DNA of 64,000 nt from Pseudogymnoascus verrucosus (lineage: Eukaryota), in assembly GCA_001662655.1 (NCBI GenBank), contig KV460209.1. The stretch is one strand, 5' to 3'. The notes beneath the pieces were generated by a model. That model was not told the DNA's origin. It searched no databases and was given only the letters and a program-made list of their open reading frames with translations. The first letter of the stretch is position 1; each line of letters begins with the position of its first letter. The translations under genes and the position numbers were made by a program. This document shows, in pieces, positions 1 to 13,438 of this stretch.

Positions 1-487
1 TCATGCCTGGCTTGCGGGGAACACCGGCGGGGATCAGGACGATCTCGGCATCCTTAAGGGCGGCGGCGAGGCCGGATGGGGTGGGCTCGTAACCGGTGAC
101 GTTGGAGCCGGTGTTGATGTGGGAGATATCAGCGGCGACACCTTTGGAGTCGAGTCAGTACGTTTTTTTGTGGACTCAATTGGACATGTGATGATGATGG
201 GGGAGACGAACCTGGGCCTCCGCGGATGTCGTAGAGAGCGAGCTCAGTGACGCGGGGGTTGAGCTTGAGGAGGAGGGAGAGAGGCTGTCCAATGCCACCG
301 GCAGCACCGAGGACAGTGACCTTAGAGAGCTATTCAAGTTGTGTTAGCAATTGCTTCATTCATTTCGGTCCGGCAGTGGGCGGCCGAGGTCTGAGAAATT
401 TTGTCAACGGTGGCTTCTACTTACATCTCTGGCCGAGGCCGAGAAGGCGCGGCGCTGGGCGGCGCTGAAGGTGCGTGCTGCGAACAT
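1..487 (-). CDS. MDH1: Mitochondrial malate dehydrogenase, 5' part (runs off window start; 2 introns visible)
   Basis: Spliced translation [71 protein letters not shown]...[11 protein letters not shown]: presequence, GAAGGIG nucleotide-binding motif, MDH signature. Confidence 0.96.
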
Positions 488-1058
488 GATGGGTTTTGTG
501 AGGGTGGATTGGAGGAGAGGAATTGGGTATTTGTGGTTATGGATTGGAAAGAGAGAAAGGATGGCTCGGGAGAAATCGAAGGGAGAGCTGTTGGGAAATC
601 GGCACGGACCGCACTATGATTTTGCTGTTCGCAGCCTGATATGGTAGGCACATATCACGTGTTGCGCGGATATTTCGTCATTCAGCCTGATCATGAAGCG
701 TAATCGGAGGACCAAGCATTTTCATGGTATCCAATTGGCGTATAGTATGTGTTTGAAGCTCCCCTGCAGTTATAGCGATGGATTTCATATATTTCAAGAG
801 TAGCGATAGAAGTTGTCACGAATGTGTTAGCTAATGTCGTGCATGGCGATGCAAATCGCCTGGCAGATCGGAGCTAATGTCGTGGTTGGGAGAAGATGAA
901 ACAATCGATTGTCTCCTATGACTTCTTCATACTTTCTGACCAAAAGAAAACTTATAGATTATCACTCATTGACGAACGTTAAATCATCCAAAATTACCGC
1001 CATCGACCATCTCTCATTCCCAAGCCGGGAGGCCCTGAGCAATGGCAGCCCAAACATC

Positions 1059-2763
1059 CTAGGCCTCCACCTTCTCAACCCTCCTAGCATCTTCCTCGCT
1101 CTCCTTCGCGTTCACATCTCCATGACCACCCACCAAGGCATCCGCACCCACTGGGCGTCCTGTAACCTCGCGCAAGTCATCGTCGTGCTCGATGGCAAAC
1201 GATCTCTGCAGGTACTCCGGGCCGATGAAGGTAAGGACAATCACGTAAGCGTAAACGGCGCCCATGAAGATACAGATGACACGGCCGTACTATCAACCGT
1301 TAGCATGAACCACCTCCAAGGGTCTGTGGGACAACATACCTCATATCTCGACGCGTGAGTCTTGGGGTTGGGAGGCAGAGGGAACCTCTCGCCGATTGTC
1401 GACTCGATGGTCGAGCTAGCTGAGGAGACCAGGTTACCAAGTTGGTAACTGGTTCCGACAACAAAAGTGCGGAAAGCACCGGGGGAAAGTTCCATCAAGT
1501 GGATTGGGATAACTCCCCAGGCACCTTGGACGCAGAATTGCTCGAAGAACGCAGCTGCGTTGATGGCCGATGAAGATGTGAAGGTGTATGGGTATAGCAA
1601 GGCCCCGCCAATGATGCTGATGATGATAATGGAAAATCTGCGACCGAATATCTGCTTAGTGTTAGTGGAAATTATAGAATCATTAGAAGCGGGAGACATG
1701 CCTGCGAGCAGTAACCAATTGTGGTACCTCCTGTGATGGCTCCAAGATTTGCAACCACCTGAGTGACAGTTACGGCATTTGGAGAGTAGTTATACTGATT
1801 CGAAAGCATGGTGGGGTAAAGATCTTGAGATCCATGGCTCTAGAAATAAAGTTAGTCGCGTTATCATCAAGCCCAGCTTATCAGCGATCTTACCATGAAG
1901 TTGAATCCAGCCATGAGGAGAACCATGTAGGTCAACAAAAGCCAATGCTTCTTGAGCGCGACCTTGCCCTCCTTCATAAACGTGCCCGTAATACTACCCA
2001 TCGCAACACGTTCCTTCTGTCTTGCAATAAACGCATCGGTCTCTGGTAGCATCAGCCGGAAGGCGATGATCAACACTGGAGGGCAGGCCCCAAACCAGTA
2101 GAACGGACGCCAGCCGTGGGAAGTGGTATCAACCAGCGCGCGCGCAAAGACGACGGCAAGCAAGTAGCCAAAAGCGTACCCTTGCTGTAACATCCCACTG
2201 ATCAGGCCACGGGCAGCCTCCGGGCAGTCCTCGAGGGCCGTAGCGGCGGCGTTACCGTATAGTCCACCCATTGCAACACCAAACAAAGCACGGCAGGCAA
2301 GGAACTGGCCGTAGGTGTTGGAAAATCCCGTGCCGAGTTCGAGTACGATGAACAGAATGTTATTAATGACGAACGGCCACTTGCGACCGTATCTGTCTGC
2401 TGCAATACCGAAGAGGATGGAGCCGACAGAACGGAACATGAGAACAAGGGTGATACCCCAAGTGATATCCGTCTTAGTCTTATCGAATTGCTCTGCGAGC
2501 TGCTCGACCGTCAAGCTGACGGTAAAGAAATCGAAGGCATCCCACGACCACGCAATGAAGGCTACGGCGAAGAAGGCCCATTGTTTGCGGGTCAGCATCA
2601 TTAGCAGCTTGATAGGGTTGGGTGCCTGGTTCATAGGCGGCTTGAGCGTGGTGGCGCGAGTCGCAATGTACTCGCCAGCGCTCATTGAGACCTCGCGCCG
2701 GCTCTCAATAGTCGGCTGCTCTTCCAGCGAGCCATTTTTCTCGGCGTGCTGAGTGTCTGCCAT
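1059..2763 (-). CDS. JEN1: JEN1-family carboxylate/H+ symporter (MFS), 3 coding introns plus a probable 5'UTR intron
   Basis: WDAFDFF, ADRYGRKWP, SGMLQQGYAFGY, signature NFMSHGSQDLYPT, GAWGVIPIHLMELSP...SYQLGNL. Confidence 0.93.
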
Positions 2764-3682
2764 GATGACCTGCAAGGCGGGTTAGCAGCTGCTGCTTCCG
2801 AAAATACACTCATATGCGCCGGTTGGTCACATTTGCACGCTGGAGCGCACATATGAGTGAGCGCAAACGCGGCAGGTTCTAACTTACTGAACTTGATATC
2901 CCACGGTTCAGCGACAAGAAATCCAATGTCCCAAAAACCTTGACATGAAAAGTCTAAATAAAAGAGCTACTGAGGGGGTAGAAGTAGTAGGAGCGGGGAA
3001 ACGACTCACAGAAACAGGTGCTCCACACATGGTTGGGGAAAGAGCGATCATCCCCCACCCTGTTAGTCAAGACAGCCATGCTGATCGTCGCCCTCCACAC
3101 TCCTTCACGCTGATTACAGTGCATCCCCATCTCGCCAATGTGACCGGTCTGCCGCCAGTCGCGCCTGGAATCACTCCAATCACGATAATCGGTGTCACTG
3201 TCGGTTCATCTCTTACCCTGTACCCTGCTCATGACGCTGCCTGGCCGCCAAGTCGGAGATCTTGTTGCAATGCAGGCAAACTCTCGTGCTCACTGTGGAC
3301 ATGGTGATGGTGGGCCTCGGTAGGATTCCGTGGGCTAGTCCTATTAACGGCCTACTAGGGGCATTCGGGGTCCAGATAAATCCCCGATCACCAGAGGTAC
3401 TACTTAGTAACGCTCTCGATGGAGTAGAGCGGCGTGACAGAAATGAGACTGAACGTATCCCCGCATCTGCTTATCTGCGGGGTGGTAAGCGGTTAGTATT
3501 AGTTATGTGTACCACAACCTGCCGCGTATGGTGATGATGTGGAGAAAGTGGGAATTTCGACAGTAATACGATGTTTTACTGCGGTGTTCTCTCCGATGTT
3601 GTAGTACAGTACTGTACGTATAAAACTGTATTTTCCAAATACGGGGCCTTGTGTGGAGAAGATCCCTGGCGGGAGCTTGTTG

Positions 3683-3710
3683 GTGCCAATGTGTGCCAAT
3701 GTGTGCCAAT
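3683..3710 (+). repeat. 10-bp tandem repeat (GTGCCAATGT) x~3
   Basis: gtgccaatgtgtgccaatgtgtgccaat. Confidence 0.85.
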
Positions 3711-5362
3711 TAAATCAAGCCTTCGGCAAATCAAATCGGTAAACTTCTTACCTAGTGGAGGCTAGTGGAGGCGTTTTGTGGCAGACTTGGCGCTTACTTG
3801 CCGCATACGTGCCGTTCTTGACCGGCTTGGCTTCAGTGGCCAGTGATCGGTGAAGTCGGTGGCTGGTTGGTGCCTTGGTGTTACCCCACAAACGGTGCGA
3901 TTGCCGTGGATATAGTTACAATATCGAGCGTCACTTGCCTCCAGAGCCGGCAAAACAAAACTTGCACTGGTGGGAATGCGGAATGGATGCGGGGCCCCGT
4001 GATATTGCCCTTGCTTCCGTGTGGATTAGTGCAAGAGATGAGACGTCCGAGCAAACAACTACAACAAGGCTGTCAAGGAGGTCCATGTCAAGGTCTCGTG
4101 ATGTAGCACCTGTTGGCTGTGTGTTCCCTTGCATATAACTCGACCGTGTGCTATATGCACGGACAGTGCTGTTTCAATGCCAAGCAAGGAAACACAGGGA
4201 ATCAAGTCAAGTGGAAAACCCTGGGGGGCACGAAGAGAACTCAGCCCCTGATGGAGCGGGTGACGACATACTGCTTGTACGCATCTACAGCATCCGAGCC
4301 GAGACATGGCCTTCAATGACCATACAAACACGAGAAAACACGCGGCAATGACTGGAATATGAGGCCGGGAAATTCTCGTCATGCAGCGCATGGCGGCAAG
4401 CTGCTTGTTGCTATTCGACACTGGAGTTGGCGCTTGTTTATTCCCTCAAACTCGACGCGTCCTTTCCAACATTCTGAACCCGGGCATGAGCGGTGAAAGG
4501 AAAAGAGAATGAGGAAGGAATCTAGTGATTCAATGCATATCGGCAAGCTGCTTTTTGCTCTCCGGTGTTGGACTTGGTACCTGCTTGTTCTCGTTGGGCC
4601 TTATGGGCTCTTTGCAATGCCCTGAGCCTAATCCCTGCGAGAACAAGGAAACGATCTAGTGGTCGGATGCGTCTCGGCAAGTTATCTGCTTCCATATGTT
4701 GGACTTGGCGCTTGCTCGTTTATTTTGACTATACACGCGTACCAATGCTCTGATCCCAGATATAGAGGAGTGGGGAAAGAAATCAAGGGCGAGAATAGGA
4801 TCGAGAAATTCCGTGGATGTCTGAAAGCTGTTTGTTGCCATTTGTAATGTTGGGTTTGGGCCCGGTCCATTCTCTTCGTCCCATACGCCTTTTCCACCAC
4901 CCCTCTGTGCCCATCCATGGCAGGGGTTGACAACGTGACAAGACCAGAATCCCTTGCTTCAGTGAATGTTAGCAAACAGGTTCCCATTCAAAGTCTCTGA
5001 CTTGACAGCAGTTGTTTGGTAGGCTCGCTCAAACACTGCCAATCTGAAGTGCGGGGAAAACGGTAAGCAAAGCATGACTATACTCCCACAGAGCATGTCA
5101 TGTCAGCAAGCTGCCAGGTTGCAGTCTCGTGAGGCTGGCAACTCACAATACATAGTCACAATTCAAACAATGTCAGATTCCGTGATGCAACGCGTGCTAG
5201 CAAGCTGTTTGTCGGCCTCGAATTGGCAATCGCAGGAGGCAAGGCCTGGGTTACTCTGTTTGCTCTGCTCAATCTTGATCGTCTTGCTCATATCTGAAGA
5301 GATTATTTATAAAACCGGCAATACCTCCACAGCTAAATTTACTCTCCACACATTATATTCCC

Positions 5363-5382
5363 ATATATATATATATATATAT
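5363..5382. repeat. (AT)n microsatellite
   Basis: atatatatatatatatatat. Confidence 0.9.
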
Positions 5383-7025
5383 TTACAACATGAAACAATT
5401 ATCTTTTTTTCTCCTCCGCTCACCTATCGCCATTATTTTAATACTCTCACAACATGGGATGCGGAAGCAGTTGCGGCATGAATGGAGTTGCTGAGGTATT
5501 GTTCCACAAACTCTTCTTTGAAACTTGTCTAAAAATGAACAGGAGGAAAAGCGACTGCCATGCGCGCGGGCTTTGGGATTTGATGTCGAGTCATTTCAAT
5601 CCGTCACCCAAACCCTAACCCGGGGGGTGAGGGGGCTGGGAGGGCTCGCAATCGGCGCGGGCACAAGACTTCGGAAGTTCAGGGAGCAAGTCTGCTCCCG
5701 AAACTGTAGAAGGCTCAGAACCAATACACGGAATGGAGATTTCCAGTACCCAGTTCGAAACCGTATTCACACGCAAGGCAGGGCTTCTAATCATATGGAG
5801 ATGGCATGAAACTGGCGTTCTTTTCCTGGCAAGAATTCGTCTGGACCCACCTCCTAGTGATTTGAACAGACCGCCCGCCGTCACAGCTGAGTTTACCTAT
5901 GTCTTTCCTCATCGTCGACAAATTACGCCATCACCGACAGGGAGATAGTGGGCTTATCCCCACCATTTAATTGATGGCGGTTCCACTAGATCACGCTGGA
6001 TTTCAAAACGGCCCCAAAGTGGAGGTTGGACTGAGCCAGCTCTATCTTCAAGCGGCTTACACGACTTTCCGCACCCTGCGTCAGGTTGCAGTGCTTTCCC
6101 GGCAGTGGAAAAGCCGGCCGAAAGGCTGGTGTAATGAACCACATGGAGAGAGTAAGTCGAACTTAAATATTACCAAGCAATTACTCACAGTAAATAGCCA
6201 AATGGTCACAGTGGTGACCTTCACGAGCCTCAAACCGAAATACTTGCTAGTGTTAGCAGAAGAGCAGAATTATAGCTCTCCGCGCCCCTGGACATGGGAT
6301 TCTTCCCCGTCAAATTATGCAGGTGTAGCAGGAACTCTCGGTGCTATTGTGAACTATCGTGCTGCTAGCGAGGAGGGGTTCAAAAGATGCTTCTTAACGT
6401 GTTACCGTGGTACAATTGGACATGGAATGGAGCCATTAATACTGCTCTCACCATTCTCAGTGGTAGTATGTGATAAGAGCTAGGGACCCAACTGGGAAAG
6501 CAACAAACGACCTACGTGGCATTGGGGTCATTAATCTATGGCTTAAGGGCGACGAAGCCACTTTGTCTTCAAAGTTAGCCAGGAGACGTAAGCCAGTTCT
6601 CCAATTCGCCGCCTTCTTCCATTAACTGGCAAATAGTCGTTCCTTCTTGACCTAGGCTAACCTCCTTTTTCACCTTCGCAGTTCCGCGAATTTGGCTCTA
6701 GTTACGCAGCGGCTCGCTGCCTGTAGTTACCATCTCTAGATTCGGTCCTGGCATAAGATACGAACTTGAAATATACCAGCGTAGGACCAATCTCGGCATT
6801 ACCCTCGCTGAATAGACCCGATCTTAGGTCAAATATATCTAACGGGCGGCGTCTGTGGGCCTAGCATGATCGAGCCATAACCCCCATTACCCTCCTCATT
6901 AGCACCTTTGTCCTTGTCTCTCTCGGCCTTCCCATCATGCAAGCCTCCACCCTCGCAATCTACCTGATGCCTCTCGGGCAAAGAAATCAAACAGACGTGG
7001 TATTATCATGTCCACGAAAAAGCAC

Positions 7026-7343
7026 ATGCCTTTTAGATTCTTCGATCTCCCGTTGAGGTCAGAGAAATGATCTACGGTCTACGGATACATCGTTAAAAAT
7101 GACGAGCCAGTGTCAATTACGCTCGATTGGAAGGAAGTCAAGGAGGCTCTCACGTTCAACTCCGAAATACTCAACATTGGTGGACAGATGGAGACCGAAG
7201 CCAGAGCGGTTTTCCACCGCATTAACACTTTTATAGTGCACATTAGAGACGATTATCCTTCCTTTGTCCAAGGGGATCTTACCCGAGCCCCCCCGTCTCG
7301 GCTGGCGGCTACGGTTTCTCCGCCCTCCAACTCGTCTTCTTAA
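7026..7343 (+). pseudogene. Decayed F-box-like fungal protein gene
   Basis: Correcting a 1-nt deletion (~7051) and a 7-nt duplication (tctacgg x2, ~7071-7084) gives MPFRFFDLPVEVREMIYGYIV...EARAVFHRINTF; in-frame TGA at 7068. Confidence 0.55.
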
Positions 7344-8486
7344 CCATGACCGCCTGGGCCGGCATAATCAGCGCCCAACTCTGCGGCTACCTCTCTAACA
7401 ACCGCATCCCCCTCGCCGTTGCGTGCCGCAGCCGCGGAATCTGGCGCCCTGAGTACCGCCTGGCTAACACGTTGATTCCCGTTTCCTGCTCCCCATCCTC
7501 TCCAAGCACCTCATCGACCGCAAAATCCTCGAGGTTTATCGCGCAGAAGTCACGACTGTTTTCAGAAATGTTCTTCGCCATCACCTCCCCCAGGTACGAA
7601 TCCTCTCAGAAACCATCACTATCGCTCTTCTACTGTCAGGCTCTAACTATCAGCACAGGAGCCCGAGGTCTCTTTCGAGTCCTCTTTCCTAGCCACGAGT
7701 GCTAGCAGGACAAGGCAGACAAGCCCGCCAACACCTATCTATCATGGATTAGCCTCTATGGTATACTACAGCCACAGAGCCCACGGAATAGACTTTCTTT
7801 CGGCAAGAAGCTCTGCTACCAAGGGGAGCGAGACCAAAGTTAGGGCGTTGAAGTGTTTAGAGGTTCTGCCGAGGGTTTGGGAGAGGAGTGGTGCGATTAG
7901 GTTGAGTTGGGGGGGAAGGCTATCAACCGCAAAACCTAGATATCTATAACGGGGATTGCTAGTGTCCCGTGTATGGATGTAGGGAAGCGTTTACTGTAGT
8001 GACGATTCCCATGGTCGCTGTTACCCTGGGGATGCCGAGATTACACTCTGAGACGCATCATAGAACGGCTGTTATGAATGGCCGTCCTGTCGGAATACCC
8101 CGTGGTTCAGTATTCCACAACCCTCGCCTCTCGGCCGAAGAGGATTTTCGCCTCCCGACAGATCTAGCTGTTGTGTCTAGAAACATGAAAGGATAGGAGC
8201 TAGGCGTCCATCCGATCAAGCTTGCCGAATTCATGGGACGCTTCGGACCGGTGATTTCCAACCCCACCCCCAACTCTCAAATGAGGCAGCGGCACGCTCT
8301 TACCTATCCATCGCCGGGCAACACCAGGCCCAGAAGGGTGGCACTTTCAAGCCATGGAGTTTGCGGTATCACAACCTTGGGCCGAGAGGGATCGCAACCA
8401 GTGGCCATTCCAAGACAGATGGATAATCGGCATTCAATTGAAGAGCAGTATCGCAACGAAAGCTGGCGCCATTCGGCTTATTTGGT

Positions 8487-8939
8487 GTGTCCGCCAAACT
8501 TGGTAGATATTGGTGCTGCACCATAGCTGGTTGCCATGCTCAGTGGGGAGAATCTGGAAAATCCATCCTGGTCACGACCCGGCCGAGTTCGGGGGTTGAT
8601 GATGCTGGAGAACTTCATCGACAACGGGGCCAGGATTTCTCGGTGTCTCGAGCAATTTCGATCTACGAGGGAACGGGAATTGCAGAGGGTGTTGGCGATG
8701 CAATAGACACTGAGTTCTGTACTATCCCAGGACGAAAGAATGTCTCTGAGGTAGCACTAGTTAACGTCAAAACAAACAACCTTGTTGTCAACACTGTCTT
8801 CAATAAAAAACGCGGCATAACTGCATCTAGAGAAAGCGGCCACCAACGCCAGCAAAATATGTGGGGGGAAACAAGGTCAGGATCAAGTGCAAAAACGAAC
8901 ACAATTACACAAAACAAATATCAAAACTTTTACTCATAA
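8487..8939 (+). pseudogene. Fragment resembling a DEDDh 3'-5' exonuclease
   Basis: AIDTEFCTIPGRKNVSEVALVNVKTNNLVVNTVF resembles the ExoI DxE motif and following strands; no intact gene structure around it. Confidence 0.35.
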
Positions 8940-9070
8940 TGACCTCAATTCAAGTACAGTAGATGTCCCAAAATTGACCATGATAAACACCATTAAAATC
9001 CAATGAGACTGTATATCCCAGTCTTTTGTAAATATAGACCTAAAAATGCCCTTTTACCATTCCAAGATGC

Positions 9071-12000
9071 TCACGTGTAAATACTCTCCGTCCACTGGTT
9101 AACCGCCATACCGGCATTCTTCTCCGCTAGGTCCACGTCCTTCAAGAAGTCAAGCGGCATCCATACACTATTCATATGTTAGTGTTGTTCTATAAGCCCC
9201 CATAAGAAATGGGGAGAACTTACAGATGTCCCTTGACAGTATCCAGCTGCTCACGAATCTCCGTAGCCGCACGCTGCTTATCAAATATATGACCGGCACG
9301 ACGTCCCTTGGGCGGGAGGTAATTTTCGTACTCCTCGAACGTCTTGACGCAGTTATCCGGATCCGCCTAGATTGTTATGATTAGCCTCACATCTTTACAC
9401 CTTCTCCAATCACACAGACACTACTCACATGGAACAACTGCCTAAACACCCTCGTATTCTGCGTCGCCCTCTGCGTCCACATATTCCACAGATCATCACC
9501 CAACGGATCAGCCACGAACTCATAATGCTCACCCTCCTGCGCATCATTCTTGATCGGCGGCGGCTGCGCGTTCGGGTCATTACTCGCATCCAGCTCCTGC
9601 GGCGGCAGGAGACCAAGGTGCTCGCGCCACAAGTAGCGGCGGAGCGTAGCAGCATGGCGACGTGCCTCGTAGGGCTTGCCGTTCATGGTGCTTTGGAGGA
9701 CCTCGGTATCTTCCATCACGATAGCGATTTCGCTGTCGTGGTACCCGATTTGCGAGCGGTCGTTGATGTTGGAGCTGCCGCAGATGGCGATGCGGTCGTC
9801 GACGATGAGGAGTTTGCCGTGGACGTAGAGTTCTTCTTGGATCCAGAGGTTGGCTTCTTCTTGGTCGTCGCCGTCCCATGCTTCGGAGGCGAGGCTGGGT
9901 TGGCCGAGCATGGCGTTTTTGGCGACGCTGGGTGTGTTAGTGGTGAGATTTCAACTATGGGACGAGATAGTGGTGGGGGAGCGGGACGAACCTGTCTTTA
10001 CTCTCGGGTTGTCTGCCACCAGTCTCATCGCGGTGAGCTTCGAACTTGCGGATGGCATCCGTCTCCTTCTCTTGCTCTGCAGTGTTTGAGGGCTCACGGC
10101 CCGGTTCCTGGAGCCCAGAGACACCGCCGTCCTTACCCTGCCCACCAATTCCACTGCCCATAATCTTATGGGCTTCGGCCTTTTGGACTTCCTGGTACGA
10201 GACGCCTGACTCCTCTTCTTGCTTCTTGACCTTGGGGGTGACGTTAAGGCGATCGTAGGAGCGCAGATTAAAGAAATGGATGTACTGTTCCGGGTCAACG
10301 CCTGCGGCCTTGATGCGTCCGAAGATGGAGTGTTCGCCACGGCAGATGGACTTGTATTGGTAGTCCCTATGTTTGGTCAGCCAAGTGATCGGTATTTTTG
10401 AGCAGGAGAAGGAGACTCACATGATAGCACGTGTACCAGCTGCGGCATCATCTCTGAGGTCACCAGCGAATCCTGGGATCTATAGATTACCGCGTTAGCT
10501 ATAGTAAATAAAGGAATGGCTTGGATATAAGTACCGCTGGGATGACCAGGATTATCCTGAATTTGCGAGCCTCCTTTGCTGCTCTGAGAACGGCATCGAC
10601 AATAGCCTAGATTCTGTGTCAGTCTCTAGATGCCATAACATACACGCAGAATATGGGGCACTTACTGCTCCGATTTGGTTCTTGACTGGACCCTGTTGTT
10701 CGCCAGTAGCAGTCTACAACATATTAGCACCCTCCATAACACGGCGCTCCACGACCAGTAGCACTGACAATAAAGAACTGGTTCTCAACGTAAACATAAT
10801 GCTCCGCATTGCGAATCAGCTCACAGTATGCATTCTGAATACTGTGCTCAGTAAGTATACCGCTGCTCCAATCGTCGCTGCTCCGCACAATCTGGGCCTT
10901 GACGGTGCCCTGCTTTCCGAGCTTCTTGGTCGAAAGTGGAGTCAAGGGGTGCTTGATATATCCTCCCACTGGGTGCTTCGGCCTCTGGACGCCAATGATG
11001 TCCTCATTCTCATCTTCTCTACCCTCCATGATCATCCAGGGGTAGTTCTGGTCGCGCTTGTACTTGTCTCTCTTCACGAAGTTCCAACGGCTGGGGGAAA
11101 TTGTTAGAAGAGCCGTAATAAACGAGGTTGAGAAAGAGACTTACAGAACGAAGTGTTCTGCGATATCAATAACACAGTCTCCAATGACAGCCATGGCGGT
11201 GTCGTGCCATGGCATGCGTCCGTACTCGGCTTTGCTGATTTGGTTTTGTTCCCAGTCATCCACGTTGTGGAAATCCATAACACGGTTGTTATTAAAGTCC
11301 CTAGAGGATGTCAGTAATTTCTCTCGCAGAGTCGCCTTAATGGTGCGAAACTTACTGGCCAGGCCAAATCTGCATTCTCGTTAGCAACTGACCAAATGGT
11401 CTAATGATGGGGGAAGCTTACCTCCTCCGCAACACCAGCAGGGTGCACATCAGCAAGCGCGTGCTGGTGGCTATCCCAACGCCCAAAGCACAGATCCAAG
11501 CCACCAATAAAAGCGATAGCGTAATCAACCACAATGAACTTCTCGTGATGCGCCCAGTAGAACGTCATATCCGCAGCATTCTCAAACACGTTGTGATCCG
11601 GGTGGCGCATGAGGATGATATTTCCGTACCCAGGGCTTCCTTCCGGGCAAAGATCCCTCAGAGCTTTCTTCGTGTGCTCCGAGTTGCAAGTAAGGGCTGC
11701 TTCCACCTCGCGGTATACACTGCGCAGGGTTATTAGCGATGTTCGTAGCAGCCTTCCTAGGGTATAATCACATTATGTATATCTTGACTCCCTGCTCGGC
11801 CTTCCTCTTCAGGATCTGGTCTAGTCGCCATTCCTGGTTATAGTATGGAGGTCGTCGCAGGAACAGCTCGGGCGAGAGCCACCAGTCGGCAATGTAGATC
11901 GTCTCCTTCGCCTCCTCGAGGGCTACTGACACAGCCTTTGTATGGTCAGCTCAATGCGCGCGCAGGCTTCAGAGAGTGCTTACCCAGAAGTAATCCCGTC

Positions 12001-12454
12001 CATCCACGTACCACTTCACATCGTTGTCGAAGCGCTCCGGCGCAAACGACTTGAATCTGTGGGACTCTGAAATGTCGGTGCGCTTCTTGTCTGTCGCCTT
12101 TTCGTGCTCCTCGTCGTGACGGTGGTTGCTATTAAGCTACTCCCATTAGCTGCGATCGGGATTCTGGAATCGGTGAACCTACGAGGTTTCCGAATTTGCC
12201 CAGCTCGTGCCTAGTATTGTTAGTTGGGTGCGGGGTTGATGGCGGGGGGCGACTTGCTTCTTGTGCTATTGCCCGGTCAGTAGTTGGTCTAAATGGTCAT
12301 AAGTGTTGCGCAAACTTACAATCAGGGAGACCTTCACATCTTCCAAGCTTGTTTTCTCGAACTTCTCCTTCAGGCGCGAGAAGGGGTGCTTGAAGGCGCC
12401 CTTCACGTCGCGGGATTTCTCGACAGCTGGGTCCTCCGGAGCACCTGTAGACAT
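9071..12454 (-). CDS. Phospholipase D (two HKD motifs), many introns including micro-exons
   Basis: [67 protein letters not shown]...GSSNINDRS; ends [13 protein letters not shown]. Confidence 0.95.
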
Positions 12455-13438
12455 TCTGGCGATTGTCGGGCTGGCAGGTACTGGTTTTAGGAAGAATGCG
12501 AGTCTGCGCGAGACTGCACGTATATATATGTGTCGTAGTGAAGATCAGAGGCGATCAGAGCGAGATGCAAGGGGTATATAGGCAAGTTTGTATCTGTCAA
12601 TGTGCAAGAGCGAGACCCCTCACTACTGTCTAAATTGTAGCTAAACTAAATGCTAGCACGCGCTCACATGTGCCGCCAGCTCCGGTAGACGCTGAATGGC
12701 TAAGGAACTGTATTATTTGTTGGTGTGTTAGTAGACTTATCTCATTATTAGTGACGAGTCGTATTGTGCCAGTTATGTGCCAGTATGTGCCACATACTTA
12801 AGTAAAGCAAGGCTGGAGATCCACTCAAGCATCTTTCCGGTTGATGGCGGGAAGCGGCGATGACGTATCCAATGCAGAACTTGATTCCCATATAAATAGC
12901 TTCGCTTCTTGACCCTTGAGGGAATGGATAAAAATAGGGCATAAAAATAAGATAAGATAGACAGGACATATTTGCATTTGTTTACTTATTCATTTTCATA
13001 TATGCATTTATTTCTGTTTGCTGTCCTATACCTTCTCGTGGATACTGTAAGTAAATAAATAAATAAAAATATGGGCTTGTACCTGGATTATCCTGAGTTA
13101 CAGCGGCAGGTGCTCGCCAGGAACATCAATCTGATCATGAACCATTCAACAACAAACAGTGACTGTCCAACCAGCCAGCAAGCAGAGTCGGTCAGCCCGA
13201 TATTTAATATAACAAAAATTCCACTTTTAAAGGTCCTATAATGTGGCTGGTGTTCGTTCTCACGGGTCTAACGACGTGGCTGGCTCTGCTAACCATCTGT
13301 GACCCCTCAGACGGCGTCCCCACATCCCAAATCTCAGGCATCCATGCATCCCCAGACCTCCAACCCCACCATCTCACCGTCCACTCTCACGACCTCCACG
13401 ACTACCACAACCACCAACCTCCATCCACCACCGCCACA

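Noticed and set aside
9429..10163. 244-aa + strand ORF and similar antisense ORFs over ALDH, medA and CEF1
   Set aside because: Shadow ORFs caused by codon bias of the real genes on the opposite strand
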